DNA from: Polyangiaceae bacterium
GTDB taxonomy: Bacteria > Myxococcota_A > Polyangia > Polyangiales > Polyangiaceae
DNA length: 64,000 nucleotides
NCBI GenBank assembly: GCA_965222375.1
Contig: CBDCTZ010000012.1
Coordinates: 192,001 to 256,000, forward strand
Direction: 5' to 3'
A program made the translations under genes and the position numbers. Under the pieces are notes generated by a model that was given only the letters and a program-made list of their open reading frames with translations, was not told where the DNA came from and made no database searches. Below are positions 18,227-27,467 of the stretch, in pieces (position 1 is the first letter of the stretch; every line of letters begins with the position of its first letter).

Positions 18227-19913
18227 TGCTGGCGCCCGGGGCGGGGGGGGTGAAAGGCACGTACTGCCCCCCACGCCACTGCACGAAGACGAACTTGTCG
18301 GATTCCAGGGGCGAGAGGAACCGAAACAAGACCTGACGTGGAGCCCCTCTCGCATCTGTCTGCTCGATTTCTACCCCGGCAACTCCGGTGAACCACTTGT
18401 CACCGACGCGGGTCGGGTGCCGCTCGTCCCGATACAGGCGGTTGAAGGGTCTGTCGAGGAATCCCCCCGGCAGGGAAAGCCGAAGCGCATTCGGGTCGAC
18501 CCGGGTCACCTCCATCGCATCCAAGCTGCCCGACAGACACAGGATGGGCGCTGCGGGAGCCGGTTGCGTCCAGCGCACCTCCCGAAGCAACTTGCAGAAG
18601 TAGAAGTCCGGCGCATTGAGCACGATCAGTCGTTTGCGTTCGGACTGGACCAAGGCGTAGGCGGAGGCGCTCGCGCGGCTGACGTTTGCGTGCAGTTGAG
18701 CCATGGCGAGGGAGCGTTCGGGAAAGTGGACGGGAGCCACCAGGTTATGGGTTGTGATCGATAGGCCCGCCACGATCCGACCCAGGGCCGTCGGATGTGC
18801 CCTGGCTTCCGCAACGACGCTGGCTGCCAGGGCTAGCGCGGCCACGCTGGGCAGCAGCAGCAGACGGTCACTGGGGAATGTCGCAGCCGCTGGCAATAGC
18901 GCGATGACGAGGGCAATACTGAGGGCGACCGCCCGCCTTTTCGGCCAGGTCAACACGGCGAGCAGCAGCAAGGCGATGGCGCCTCCGACTGCGAGCAGCG
19001 CTACTTGGGTCGGACTGGCACCATGCCAGGTGTCGGCGGAGGGAAGTCCGGTGGCTGAGAGCAGCAGCACGCCGGTGCGTTCTGGAAGCTCTGCCAGAAA
19101 TGCGATCGGGGATGCGCGCGGATCCAGATATAGACCGCTGGCCCGAGCGCCGTGGCCCAGATAGACAAAGGCGCTCAGCCACGCTGCACTGACAGCGGCG
19201 TGGGGCAGCAAGGCTCGAAATGCGCCGCGCTTGGCGTCCAGACACCAGGCGTAGGCGAGCAAGAATCCCCAGATCCCCAGCGCGGACTCGCTCGCCAGGA
19301 GGGACAGCCCGAGCGCCGCAGCGGAAAGAAGCTGTGGCCCGACTCGCTTCGACCTTCGCCCCTTGTCGTGTAGCAGCAGGCACAGGGTGACCAGGGCCGT
19401 CCCGACCACGACATGGCGGTTCGATAGCCAGCCTACGGCGTGCCCATGCCCTTCGTCCATCGCCCACCACACGCTGGCCAAACCCGCTGCCCAGGTAGGA
19501 CGAACCCAGCGCCGAAGCACCAAGCCAACGCCGAAGATCGCCAGTGCATACCAGAGTACGCTGTGCACGTGGGCGGCTGCGGGGTTGTGGGTGAATACGC
19601 GGTAGTCCAGCTGGTGAGTCAGGGAGGTGAGTGGGCGCCAAAAGGAAATCCGAAAGTCGTCGTGGGTGATCCAAGGCAGCGAGCCCACGTGCTGGGAGAT
19701 CCGAACGCCACCGCTCACCTCTTCGGCGTCAAAGAGGTTCACGTCCTTTAGGTCGAAAGGCTTCTGGGCGGCGGCGCGGAACAGAAAGTCTTCCGTGGCG
19801 AAACCTGAAGCCACGCTGGGCAGGCTGAGCAGGACGCCCAGAAGTACCGCCACCCACAGGATCTTGCGGGAGCTCGCGAATCGACGGAGACGCTGCGCTC
19901 CACGCCGCATCAT
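18198..19913 (-). CDS. GT-C-fold (TMTC-like) membrane protein, paralog of 12405-14168
   Basis: TED, LPW, RPLTSL, HVHSVLW, WLSNR, SE, LNAP motifs in the same order as in the paralog. Confidence 0.6.
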   Translation of the reverse strand: MMRRGAQRLRRFASSRKILWVAVLLGVLLSLPSVASGFATEDFLFRAAAQKPFDLKDVNLFDAEEVSGGVRISQHVGSLPWITHDDFRISFWRPLTSLTHQLDYRVFTHNPAAAHVHSVLWYALAIFGVGLVLRRWVRPTWAAGLASVWWAMDEGHGHAVGWLSNRHVVVGTALVTLCLLLHDKGRRSKRVGPQLLSAAALGLSLLASESALGIWGFLLAYAWCLDAKRGAFRALLPHAAVSAAWLSAFVYLGHGARASGLYLDPRASPIAFLAELPERTGVLLLSATGLPSADTWHGASPTQVALLAVGGAIALLLLAVLTWPKRRAVALSIALVIALLPAAATFPSDRLLLLPSVAALALAASVVAEARAHPTALGRIVAGLSITTHNLVAPVHFPERSLAMAQLHANVSRASASAYALVQSERKRLIVLNAPDFYFCKLLREVRWTQPAPAAPILCLSGSLDAMEVTRVDPNALRLSLPGGFLDRPFNRLYRDERHPTRVGDKWFTGVAGVEIEQTDARGAPRQVLFRFLSPLESDKFVFVQWRGGQYVPFTPPAPGASITVRPLSDP

Positions 19914-22342
19914 GGCGGGGACTTACGGCTGAGCACGAAAGCGCAGGGCAGCAGCAGCAGGTAGAAGCCGGCGGCGGCGTACAGCAAGAAGGTGAGGCCG
20001 GTGCCCAGGGCGAGGGCGACGGCGCCGCCACTCGCCACCACGCTTCCGACGCCATTCATGCCCCAGAACCAAGGCGTTTGGGGATCGAGATCCGGGCGCG
20101 TCAGGCGCAGCCCCACTGGAAACGCCACGCCGAGACAAGCGCCCAGAACCCCAGACACCCCGACGGCGAATCCCACGCGGGCGGCCGTGGACGCGGCCAC
20201 GAAGGACGCCGACAGGGCTGGCCAGCTCAGCGCCAGAGTGACCAACAGGGCCGCGATTCCGAGGGGAAACGCGTACACCCAAGGCCGTCGATCCAGGGCG
20301 AGTCGATCCGAGGCCAGGGAGCCGAGCCCTGCTGCTGCCACGAGACTGGAGAGCACCACCATCAAACTGAAGCTCGGATGTCCCAAGACCAGGGAGAGCT
20401 TCATCAGGAGCGCGATTTCGGCCAGCATGAAACCCAGGCCGATGGCGGAAAAGTAAATCAAGGCGGCGACGAGGCGACCGCGCGCAGCTTGTCCGGTCGG
20501 CCGGGCCCGACGCAGGAGGGGCAGCACGACCGCCAACACCACCAGCAAGAAGGAAGTGAACAGCGAAGCGGCAAGGGCTTGGGTTGCGACGAGGTTGCCC
20601 ACGATGCTGCCGTGGGTTGCCGGGTTGGAGGGCGCGAGTATCGCCCCTAAACGCACGACGTTGAAGAAGAATGGGCGCTCATCCGTGGTGGGTCGAAAGT
20701 CGAGGGTGGGTTCCAGAGCGCGCCGTTCCAGCTCCTCCCGAGAACCGGCACTCAGCAGCCCCTCGATGCGGGGCACCAGAGCTTTCTTCCCGGGCATCGC
20801 CACGGGTAGGAAGCCCTTCTCTTGGGAGAGAGCTTCGAGCTTCGCCAGATCCGCCGCCGCGAGGGGATCCCGACCCACGATCACCGTGGCCACGGGGCCC
20901 GCGGCAAGCACGGCCATGTGGCTTCGAGGTTGCTGCACCCCTCGGCTCTGCAGGGTCGCGACCACCAGGGAGGTCAAGCGGGCGGTCTCCACGGTGGCCC
21001 AACGACTCACCGACAAGAGTCCGCCGGGCTTGAGGCGATCCAAGAACAGATTGATGGCCTCGATGGTGTACAGACCGTTCTCACTCAAGGCGTGGGCACC
21101 CGCGCCGGTGGCTGCCCAGGTGTCGATGAGCGAGGCCTGAACCAGATCGTAGCGTTCGTTTTTACGTGTCAGATAACTGCGTGCTTCGTCGTGCACGAGC
21201 TCGACCTCGCTTCGCCCCTGGATGCCCGTGGCGGACGCGAGGGGGCCTTGCAGGATCTCGAGCAAGCGGCCGTTGAGCTCGATGCCGACAATGCGCTTGT
21301 GGCCAGCGAGCAAGGCGGCCTGCACGTCTCGGGAGCCGCCGACGCCGATGATGGCGACCTCGCCACCTTTGCGGAGCTGATGTGCCGCATTGGTTACGTC
21401 GCACTCGAGAAAGCGCAGCGCTTCGAGGTTGTCACCGACCAGGTAGATGGGAGTCGCGGCGTGACCGTCGATCTCCATGCCCTGCTGCAAAACCGCGGGG
21501 GGTCGGCAGCGGACCCCGGCGCCCCACATGGCCGCAGGCACTTTTGCCTTGTGCAACAGCTGGACGCGGGAGTGGCTGTTCCACATCTCGCGTTCGATGT
21601 GATCTCGGGACTCCGCGCGACCCTTGATCCAAAGCGGTCGCAGACCTCGATCTATCGCGCCATTGGCCACGGCGAAGAGGGCGAGCATTCCGGCGAAGGT
21701 CAGAGCACGCCTCCGGCTGCGCGCCTGGCCGGCGGCATGGGCGAAGAGGGCCGCGCCCAGGGCCGCAATGGCTCCAACGAAGATGGAGGCGCTCGTGCCG
21801 TCCAGGTACGACAGCAAGAAGACGACCAGGGGTGCGCCCACGGCGGCGCCGAGCAAATCCGCCGCGTACACCCTCCCCGGTGGGAAATGAGTGCGCGTGA
21901 GTGCGGCGGCGACGATACGCCCGGCGAAGAAGAAGGGCAGGGCGATGATGGACGCGAATACGAAGAAGGCCACCAGCGTGGTCAACAGTGCCTCTACCCG
22001 CAGGGGCACGACTAGCAAAAGCGCGGCAGACGCCGCGATGCACAGAGCGAATCGAATGCCGTCCCGGGTCAGAGACAGCCCCAACTTCTCGGGGGCCCAT
22101 GGCTTGGGGCGCAGGTACACGTCCACGGCGCCTGCAGTGAGGCCAAATAGCCCCATTCCAATCACCAAAAAACCAAGTGAGTACCAGGTCAGTACCGACA
22201 GCACTCGGGTGTCCAAGACTTCGAGGGCCAGCATCGCCCCGGTCGTGACGGCAAGGCCTAGCAGGAAGCTGCCCTGCTTCAGGGGCGAAACAGTGGTCGC
22301 AGCACCATCGGCGTGCGAGTCCTGAGAATCGCTGGCTTCCAC
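19910..22342 (-). CDS. membrane-fused spermidine-synthase-like SAM-dependent transferase, paralog of 9993-12404
   Basis: TRVLSVLTWY, IIGVGGSRDV, GIELN, DEARSY, LSENGLYT, TDERPFFF, WGMNG motifs. Confidence 0.8.
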   Translation of the reverse strand: MEASDSQDSHADGAATTVSPLKQGSFLLGLAVTTGAMLALEVLDTRVLSVLTWYSLGFLVIGMGLFGLTAGAVDVYLRPKPWAPEKLGLSLTRDGIRFALCIAASAALLLVVPLRVEALLTTLVAFFVFASIIALPFFFAGRIVAAALTRTHFPPGRVYAADLLGAAVGAPLVVFLLSYLDGTSASIFVGAIAALGAALFAHAAGQARSRRRALTFAGMLALFAVANGAIDRGLRPLWIKGRAESRDHIEREMWNSHSRVQLLHKAKVPAAMWGAGVRCRPPAVLQQGMEIDGHAATPIYLVGDNLEALRFLECDVTNAAHQLRKGGEVAIIGVGGSRDVQAALLAGHKRIVGIELNGRLLEILQGPLASATGIQGRSEVELVHDEARSYLTRKNERYDLVQASLIDTWAATGAGAHALSENGLYTIEAINLFLDRLKPGGLLSVSRWATVETARLTSLVVATLQSRGVQQPRSHMAVLAAGPVATVIVGRDPLAAADLAKLEALSQEKGFLPVAMPGKKALVPRIEGLLSAGSREELERRALEPTLDFRPTTDERPFFFNVVRLGAILAPSNPATHGSIVGNLVATQALAASLFTSFLLVVLAVVLPLLRRARPTGQAARGRLVAALIYFSAIGLGFMLAEIALLMKLSLVLGHPSFSLMVVLSSLVAAAGLGSLASDRLALDRRPWVYAFPLGIAALLVTLALSWPALSASFVAASTAARVGFAVGVSGVLGACLGVAFPVGLRLTRPDLDPQTPWFWGMNGVGSVVASGGAVALALGTGLTFLLYAAAGFYLLLLPCAFVLSRKSPP

Positions 22343-22384
22343 GTTTGCTTGCCTTGGACAGCTCAGGAGCGGCTGCGGTCGTCG

Positions 22385-22705
22385 CTACCCATCGCTATCA
22401 GAACCATCCGTGGGCGGCGGAGGGTGCGAGTGAGACACGCTCGACTGCCGACTCTGGTAGGCGCGGTTGGATGCCTCTTGATAGATTTCCTTGGCTCGGG
22501 GGGCGTCCGGCGACTTGCGCATGATCTGAATCAAACGCTGCATTGCCGGGCCCGCCGGTAGGCTGCCGTCATGAAGTCCGAGCTTGACGCGTAGCACCTT
22601 GCGTTCCACCGAATCCTCCGCGGCATCACCTAGTGCGGCGCGCGCCCCATCGAAGTCTCCGGCTTCTATCAACTGGTCCACATTATCGAGTTCGCTGGTT
22701 GTCAC
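22385..22705 (-). CDS. small hypothetical helical protein
   Basis: 106 aa ORF with plausible composition, TPR-like helices and a C-terminal SHSHPP. Confidence 0.55.
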   Translation of the reverse strand: MTTSELDNVDQLIEAGDFDGARAALGDAAEDSVERKVLRVKLGLHDGSLPAGPAMQRLIQIMRKSPDAPRAKEIYQEASNRAYQSRQSSVSHSHPPPPTDGSDSDG

Positions 22706-22925
22706 GGCTGAGTGTCGCCTTCCAATGCTCCGGGCGCCTCACAGCGTACGAGGCTTTGTTTCCGCGGCGAAGGGCGGGATGGAGTCGGATCATGTATGTG
22801 CTGGAAACTATTGATAAATTGAACAGGGCTTCCGGTCCCGTTCCAGGCGCGCCCGGGGACGCAATGGGTTCGGAGCTGGCCGCCTCCGTGCTACCGTCCG
22901 GCTTCGACCACTTGGGTAAACCACG

Positions 22926-23774
22926 ATGTCTTCTGATCGATCCCGCGGAGGCCAAAGCGATTCCCCGCCTAGGGACTTGCAGCGCGAGCGGGAGCAGTTT
23001 CTACAGAATTTCACCAAAGGTGGTCGACTCAGTGAAGAGTTCGTGTCCGAGTTAGAGCGAGTCCGCACGCGGATGGAGGAACTGGAGGCAGAAAACGCCG
23101 AGCTGCGCGCGCAGGTCGAAGCGGACGCGGCTGTCGGAGAACTGCTGAAGAAGGTGAAGCACCTCGAGGCCGAGAAGAATGAGCTTCTCTCTCGCACCCA
23201 CAAGGCTGAGGCTGTCTCGACGGAGTTCTCGGAACGCTTCGAAGAAGTGGAATCCGAGTTCGCCAACCTGGCGAACCTCTTCGTCGCCAGCAATCAGCTT
23301 CATGCGAGCCTGTCCCCCCGCGGCGTCATGCGTCGCGTCAAAGAGGTGCTGGCGCAACTGGTGGGGGCAGAGCGCTACTGCATCTACTTGGCTGACCGGG
23401 AGCACGTCCAGCTGGTCCCCGTGGCGTCCGAGGGGCTGCGCGCGGACGAGCTTCAAAATCAGCCCCTCAACGGCGGGCCCCTGGGCAAAGCCTTTGCCTC
23501 CGGAGAAGCCGGGGTCGACGAAGATTCCGACCCGAGTCAGGGCGAGTTGGCCAAGCCAGCGGCCGTGATTCCCCTGGCGGTGGATGACCAAGTTGTCGGG
23601 GTGATTGCGATTTTTTCCACGCTGGCTCAGAAAACCCGATTCGACACCATCGATTTCGAGCTATTCAAGCTACTCGGGCAGCATGCGGCGTCCGCACTCG
23701 TGAGCGCCAGCCTGTACGCCCAAGCAGAGCGCAAGATGCCCGGACTAGAAGCGTTCCTCGATCTCAGTGTGTGA
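22926..23774 (+). CDS. coiled-coil plus GAF domain protein
   Basis: Glu-rich heptad N-terminus; GAF motifs AVIPLAVDDQVVGVIAI and DFELFKLLGQHAASAL. Confidence 0.82.
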   Translation: MSSDRSRGGQSDSPPRDLQREREQFLQNFTKGGRLSEEFVSELERVRTRMEELEAENAELRAQVEADAAVGELLKKVKHLEAEKNELLSRTHKAEAVSTEFSERFEEVESEFANLANLFVASNQLHASLSPRGVMRRVKEVLAQLVGAERYCIYLADREHVQLVPVASEGLRADELQNQPLNGGPLGKAFASGEAGVDEDSDPSQGELAKPAAVIPLAVDDQVVGVIAIFSTLAQKTRFDTIDFELFKLLGQHAASALVSASLYAQAERKMPGLEAFLDLSV

Positions 23775-23780
23775 GCTGAC

Positions 23781-24158
23781 ATGGCCGAATACTCCTGCTT
23801 GATAGTCGAAGACTCTCCCATGATGCGTCAGCTGCTCGTATTTGCGCTGGCGCGTGTGAAAAACCTTCGCGTGACCGAGGCCGATGACGGTGTCGACGGG
23901 CTGCGCAAGCTCGCGAGCGCTCGCTACGACATCATCGTGACCGACATCAACATGCCCATCATGGATGGCCTGAAGCTCGTGAAACGGGTGCGCAGCGATC
24001 CGGTTCACAAGGACACACCGATCGTGATCATCACCACCGAGGGGTCCCAAGAGGACCGGCAGCGTGCATTGCAACTCGGGGCCAACGCCTACATCACGAA
24101 GCCCATCCAGGCGCCGCAGGTCATCGCGACCGTCAAAGAGCTGCTGAAGATCGACTGA
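23781..24158 (+). CDS. single-domain response regulator (CheY-like)
   Basis: LIVEDS, TDINMPIMDG, ITTE, YITKP motifs. Confidence 0.92.
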   Translation: MAEYSCLIVEDSPMMRQLLVFALARVKNLRVTEADDGVDGLRKLASARYDIIVTDINMPIMDGLKLVKRVRSDPVHKDTPIVIITTEGSQEDRQRALQLGANAYITKPIQAPQVIATVKELLKID

Positions 24159-24165
24159 GAGCCGC

Positions 24166-26193
24166 CTACTTCAGGCTGCACAGGTCGTGATAGGTCTTGC
24201 CGGGTTCGCAGCCCGACAGTTCTGGAAAGACACACTTGCCCTGATCGCAGTGATTTTCGGCCATGCCGGTACGCAAGAACGTGTCCATTTGGCGCTCCGC
24301 GGCGTCCAGGTCGCGGATCTTGCCATGGGGGTCATCGCAGTAGGACATAGGCTTGTTGCAGCCTGGTTCGGGGGGAAGGCCGAAGGCGTACTCCACGTAG
24401 GCAGAGCCCTTGAAGGGCGCGGCTTTGGACTCGAGGCCCCAGATGCTTCGCACGCCCGTGTCCAGGTGCGTGGCGCCGACCGCCCGCGCCATGATGTGGC
24501 CGCCGAGGGTGGTGACCTGGTGGTCGCCGACGGCTGTGCGCATCAGGACGCTGTGGGGCTTGGTGCCCGGCAGTGGGTCGTTTTCGATGTACGAGGTGTA
24601 GCCATTTGGGTCGACGCGATCCCATAGGGACTGCACCAAGGCCAGCAGCAGCTGCTGGTCGCGGGCGTCCGGAAAGGACTGAGTCATGAAGAAGAAGAAG
24701 GGCAGGAAGTCCACGCTTCGGTTGAGCAAGAAGCTATAGGGCTGACCCATCACTCCCAGCACGCCGCGCTCGACGTCAGGCGTGATGGACATGTAGACGC
24801 CGCCGAAGATGCCGCCCTGGCTGATGCCGTGATAGTAGCGCTCGTCAGGGTTCAGGTACTTGCCGTAGGTCGGGTCCTTGGAAAACCCTCCGCGCATCAG
24901 CTTCATCGCCAGCACGTAGTTCAGCGCGCCTTGGTGCAGCCGCTCGTACATGGCTGTGATGCGATGGAAGTCCCCGGTGCTGAGCACGTCGAGGATGAAG
25001 TAGGGGTCGCCGGTGGACATGCCGACCAGATCGACGGCGAACATGGCGTAGCCGTACTTGTTCATGAACCTGGCGAAATGCCCCGCGCGGATCTGCTCTC
25101 GCGACCCGTTCAATCCGTGGCCATACAGCATCAGTGAGACCGGCTGAGTGAGGGCCTTCTTGGGAATGATGAGTTCGAAGGGCACGTCGTGCATTGGGCT
25201 CTTCGCGTTGGGCTCTGGCATGCCGTCGGCACCAAAGACCAGGCGGGAGCCCGGCTTGTTTTCTTCCAGGTAGAGGGGCACGCGCATCGTGCCTTCGATC
25301 CGAAACGCGATGTCGTCGGGTCGGAACGCCGTGTCCACGCTGTCGATCGTGTACTTGGGCCCATCGGCACCGACCAAGTCGGTGGCCTCGTCCCGCATGT
25401 GCAGGAGCCAACCGGTCGTGTCTTGGCGGCTGGATGTGGTGAAATCCCATGCCAGCCGCACCCTCCCCCGCGGCATGTCGGCATCCGCGAGGCGCTTGAA
25501 GATGTCCTCATAGAGCCCCCGGCGCCCAGTCACGTCGGCGTCGTCGAAGGATTCACGATCCCTGAGCGCGCGAAAGGCGGCGTTCGGCTCCAGCGTGCCG
25601 GTCTCGGTCGTGAGTTCGCCCAGGGCGACGATGTAGCGCCGGGCGTCGGCCAGGCGTACGACCGGGCGCAGCACCAAGCTGCGCGTATCGTCGTCCGGTC
25701 GCGACAGATCCAGCTCGGCAAAGTGGGCCACGCGCTTTCCCGTGACCGTGTCCAAGATCACGGTGGGGGACCCGGCCTCCAGGGACTTTTCGGGCTCATC
25801 GGCGGTCACCAAGCCCTCGGAGGTGACGCCGGGCAGGTGTACCAGAATCGGTCCACCCGGCGAGAAGCCGTCACGGGTGTTGACGGGATCGGCGACCACC
25901 GCTTCGCCGGACGTGGGCTTGGGAAGTGAACTGTCGGCAAGGGCGAGACGCAGGCCGGTCTGGCTGCTGTCGTCGGGGCGAGTGAAGACGTTGGAGGGGT
26001 AGGGGTGTAGGCAAAACGCCGGCGCGATGGGATCACATTCGAGGGTGGGCCAGGTCAGGGTCGACGGGATCTTCACGTCGATGCTCTGGCTGGACTCGCC
26101 GTCCCCGCAAGCCAAGGTCAGCGTCGAGAGCAGGACCGCAAGTGCGTAGCGGCGAGCCCCGCTCCAGGAGTGCAAGAGAGTCGAAATCTGCAT
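24166..26193 (-). CDS. lipoprotein with alpha/beta-hydrolase (lipase-like) domain
   Basis: Lipobox LTLAC, HGLNG, nucleophile GISQGG, DHQV, DPH. Start moved to ATG 26193 because the longer ORF overlaps trpF antisense. Confidence 0.72.
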   Translation of the reverse strand: MQISTLLHSWSGARRYALAVLLSTLTLACGDGESSQSIDVKIPSTLTWPTLECDPIAPAFCLHPYPSNVFTRPDDSSQTGLRLALADSSLPKPTSGEAVVADPVNTRDGFSPGGPILVHLPGVTSEGLVTADEPEKSLEAGSPTVILDTVTGKRVAHFAELDLSRPDDDTRSLVLRPVVRLADARRYIVALGELTTETGTLEPNAAFRALRDRESFDDADVTGRRGLYEDIFKRLADADMPRGRVRLAWDFTTSSRQDTTGWLLHMRDEATDLVGADGPKYTIDSVDTAFRPDDIAFRIEGTMRVPLYLEENKPGSRLVFGADGMPEPNAKSPMHDVPFELIIPKKALTQPVSLMLYGHGLNGSREQIRAGHFARFMNKYGYAMFAVDLVGMSTGDPYFILDVLSTGDFHRITAMYERLHQGALNYVLAMKLMRGGFSKDPTYGKYLNPDERYYHGISQGGIFGGVYMSITPDVERGVLGVMGQPYSFLLNRSVDFLPFFFFMTQSFPDARDQQLLLALVQSLWDRVDPNGYTSYIENDPLPGTKPHSVLMRTAVGDHQVTTLGGHIMARAVGATHLDTGVRSIWGLESKAAPFKGSAYVEYAFGLPPEPGCNKPMSYCDDPHGKIRDLDAAERQMDTFLRTGMAENHCDQGKCVFPELSGCEPGKTYHDLCSLK

Positions 26194-26286
26194 GGCGACG
26201 GCGCGAGGGGCTGCGGTTGCCCGCGGCGGCACCTTAGACCACGTCCGCGGGCGCGTATTATGCCAGACTACGCAGCTCTGAGCGTC

Positions 26287-26910
26287 GTGAGTTTGTGGAT
26301 AAAGATTTGTGGACTGCGGACCCCTGACGACGTCAGCGCGGTGGTTGATGCCGGCGCGGATGCCATCGGCATCAACCTGATTCCGGCGTCCCCGCGTTTC
26401 GTCGAGGAGCAAGCCATCGAACCGCTTCTGGTTGCTGCGCAGGAGTTGGACAAGATTGCGGTGGTTGCCGACCGGGAGCCAGAGGAGCTCCGGCAGCTGC
26501 TGCGCCGACATTCCTTCGATCGGGTCCAGCTGCATGGCTCCGAGACCCGGCAAACCCTGGCCGAGCTCGGCGAGCGCTTTTTCAAAGCGCTGCGCCTGGG
26601 CAGCGAAGAGGACGCGAGGGAAGCTCTCAGCTGGCCTGGCGAGCCGCTGCTGGTGGATGCCAAGGTTCCGGGACGGCTTGGTGGCACCGGGCAGATGGTC
26701 CCTGAGGGACTGGTGGTCGAGCTGGCCCGTCATCGCAAGATCATCCTGGCGGGGGGGCTTACAGAGGATAATGTTGGGCAGCGCGTTGCCGTGGTACGCC
26801 CGCACGGAGTCGACGTGGCGAGCGGCGTGGAATCGAGCCCTGGCGTGAAGAACAGAACGAAGATCGCGCGCTTCGTGAGGCGCGCCAGAGAGGCGGTGGA
26901 GCTGCCATGA
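26287..26910 (+). CDS. trpF: phosphoribosylanthranilate isomerase
   Basis: IKICGL, VQLHGSE, LVDA, GGTG, LAGGL, DVASGVE motifs. Confidence 0.93.
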   Translation: MSLWIKICGLRTPDDVSAVVDAGADAIGINLIPASPRFVEEQAIEPLLVAAQELDKIAVVADREPEELRQLLRRHSFDRVQLHGSETRQTLAELGERFFKALRLGSEEDAREALSWPGEPLLVDAKVPGRLGGTGQMVPEGLVVELARHRKIILAGGLTEDNVGQRVAVVRPHGVDVASGVESSPGVKNRTKIARFVRRAREAVELP

Positions 26911-27467
26911 CCCGCTTCGGCGTCCTGGTGGCGTGTCTGGGCTTCGGTTGCAGCTCTCCAAGCCTCACCGGGGGCGGGACCATCCCCGCTCGGCAGCCCA
27001 TCGTCGGCAAGATCCTCCAGACCCACGTGGCCAAAGATTGCGTCGACAGCAAACAGGCGCCGGTGCCATTTCAGCGGTCGGTGATCCTCGTGCAGCGTGA
27101 CGACGGAAAGCGCGTCGTGCTGTCACGTCAGGGCGGCGACGACTATCTAGCAATCGAAAACCAACACACCGTCGGCAAAGAGGTGGCCTATCAAGCCACC
27201 ATCGCACCCGCCGGCGGCCCTGCGATCTTGCACGACTATCGGTTTCCGGTCGATGGCGGGCGGCCCCACTTCGTATTGACGGATGTGTATACCGAGCGCG
27301 ACACCCCGACGGGCTTCGTGGCGTCAGCAGGGCGTCCAGCTGTCGCTTGTTGGCTGTCTCCCGTGGACGACGGACCCAAGCCCGATCCAGACGCGCTACG
27401 CCCCGACCAAGTCGGTCCGCAGCCTCCGGAAGAGACTCCTGCGCCAAAGGAGAATTCTACGCCATGA
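26907..27467 (+). CDS. hypothetical lipoprotein inserted in the trp operon
   Basis: LGFGC lipobox; ATGA overlaps with trpF and trpB. Confidence 0.65.
   Translation: MTRFGVLVACLGFGCSSPSLTGGGTIPARQPIVGKILQTHVAKDCVDSKQAPVPFQRSVILVQRDDGKRVVLSRQGGDDYLAIENQHTVGKEVAYQATIAPAGGPAILHDYRFPVDGGRPHFVLTDVYTERDTPTGFVASAGRPAVACWLSPVDDGPKPDPDALRPDQVGPQPPEETPAPKENSTP

Noticed and set aside
22706..22925. Possible tRNA or ncRNA in larger intergenic gaps (also 33127-33264, 52758-52907)
   Set aside because: No cloverleaf, T-loop consensus or strong stem recognised by eye.
26194..26961. N-terminal 256 aa extension of the 931 aa ORF
   Set aside because: Overlaps trpF antisense; the lipoprotein signal starts at 26193.
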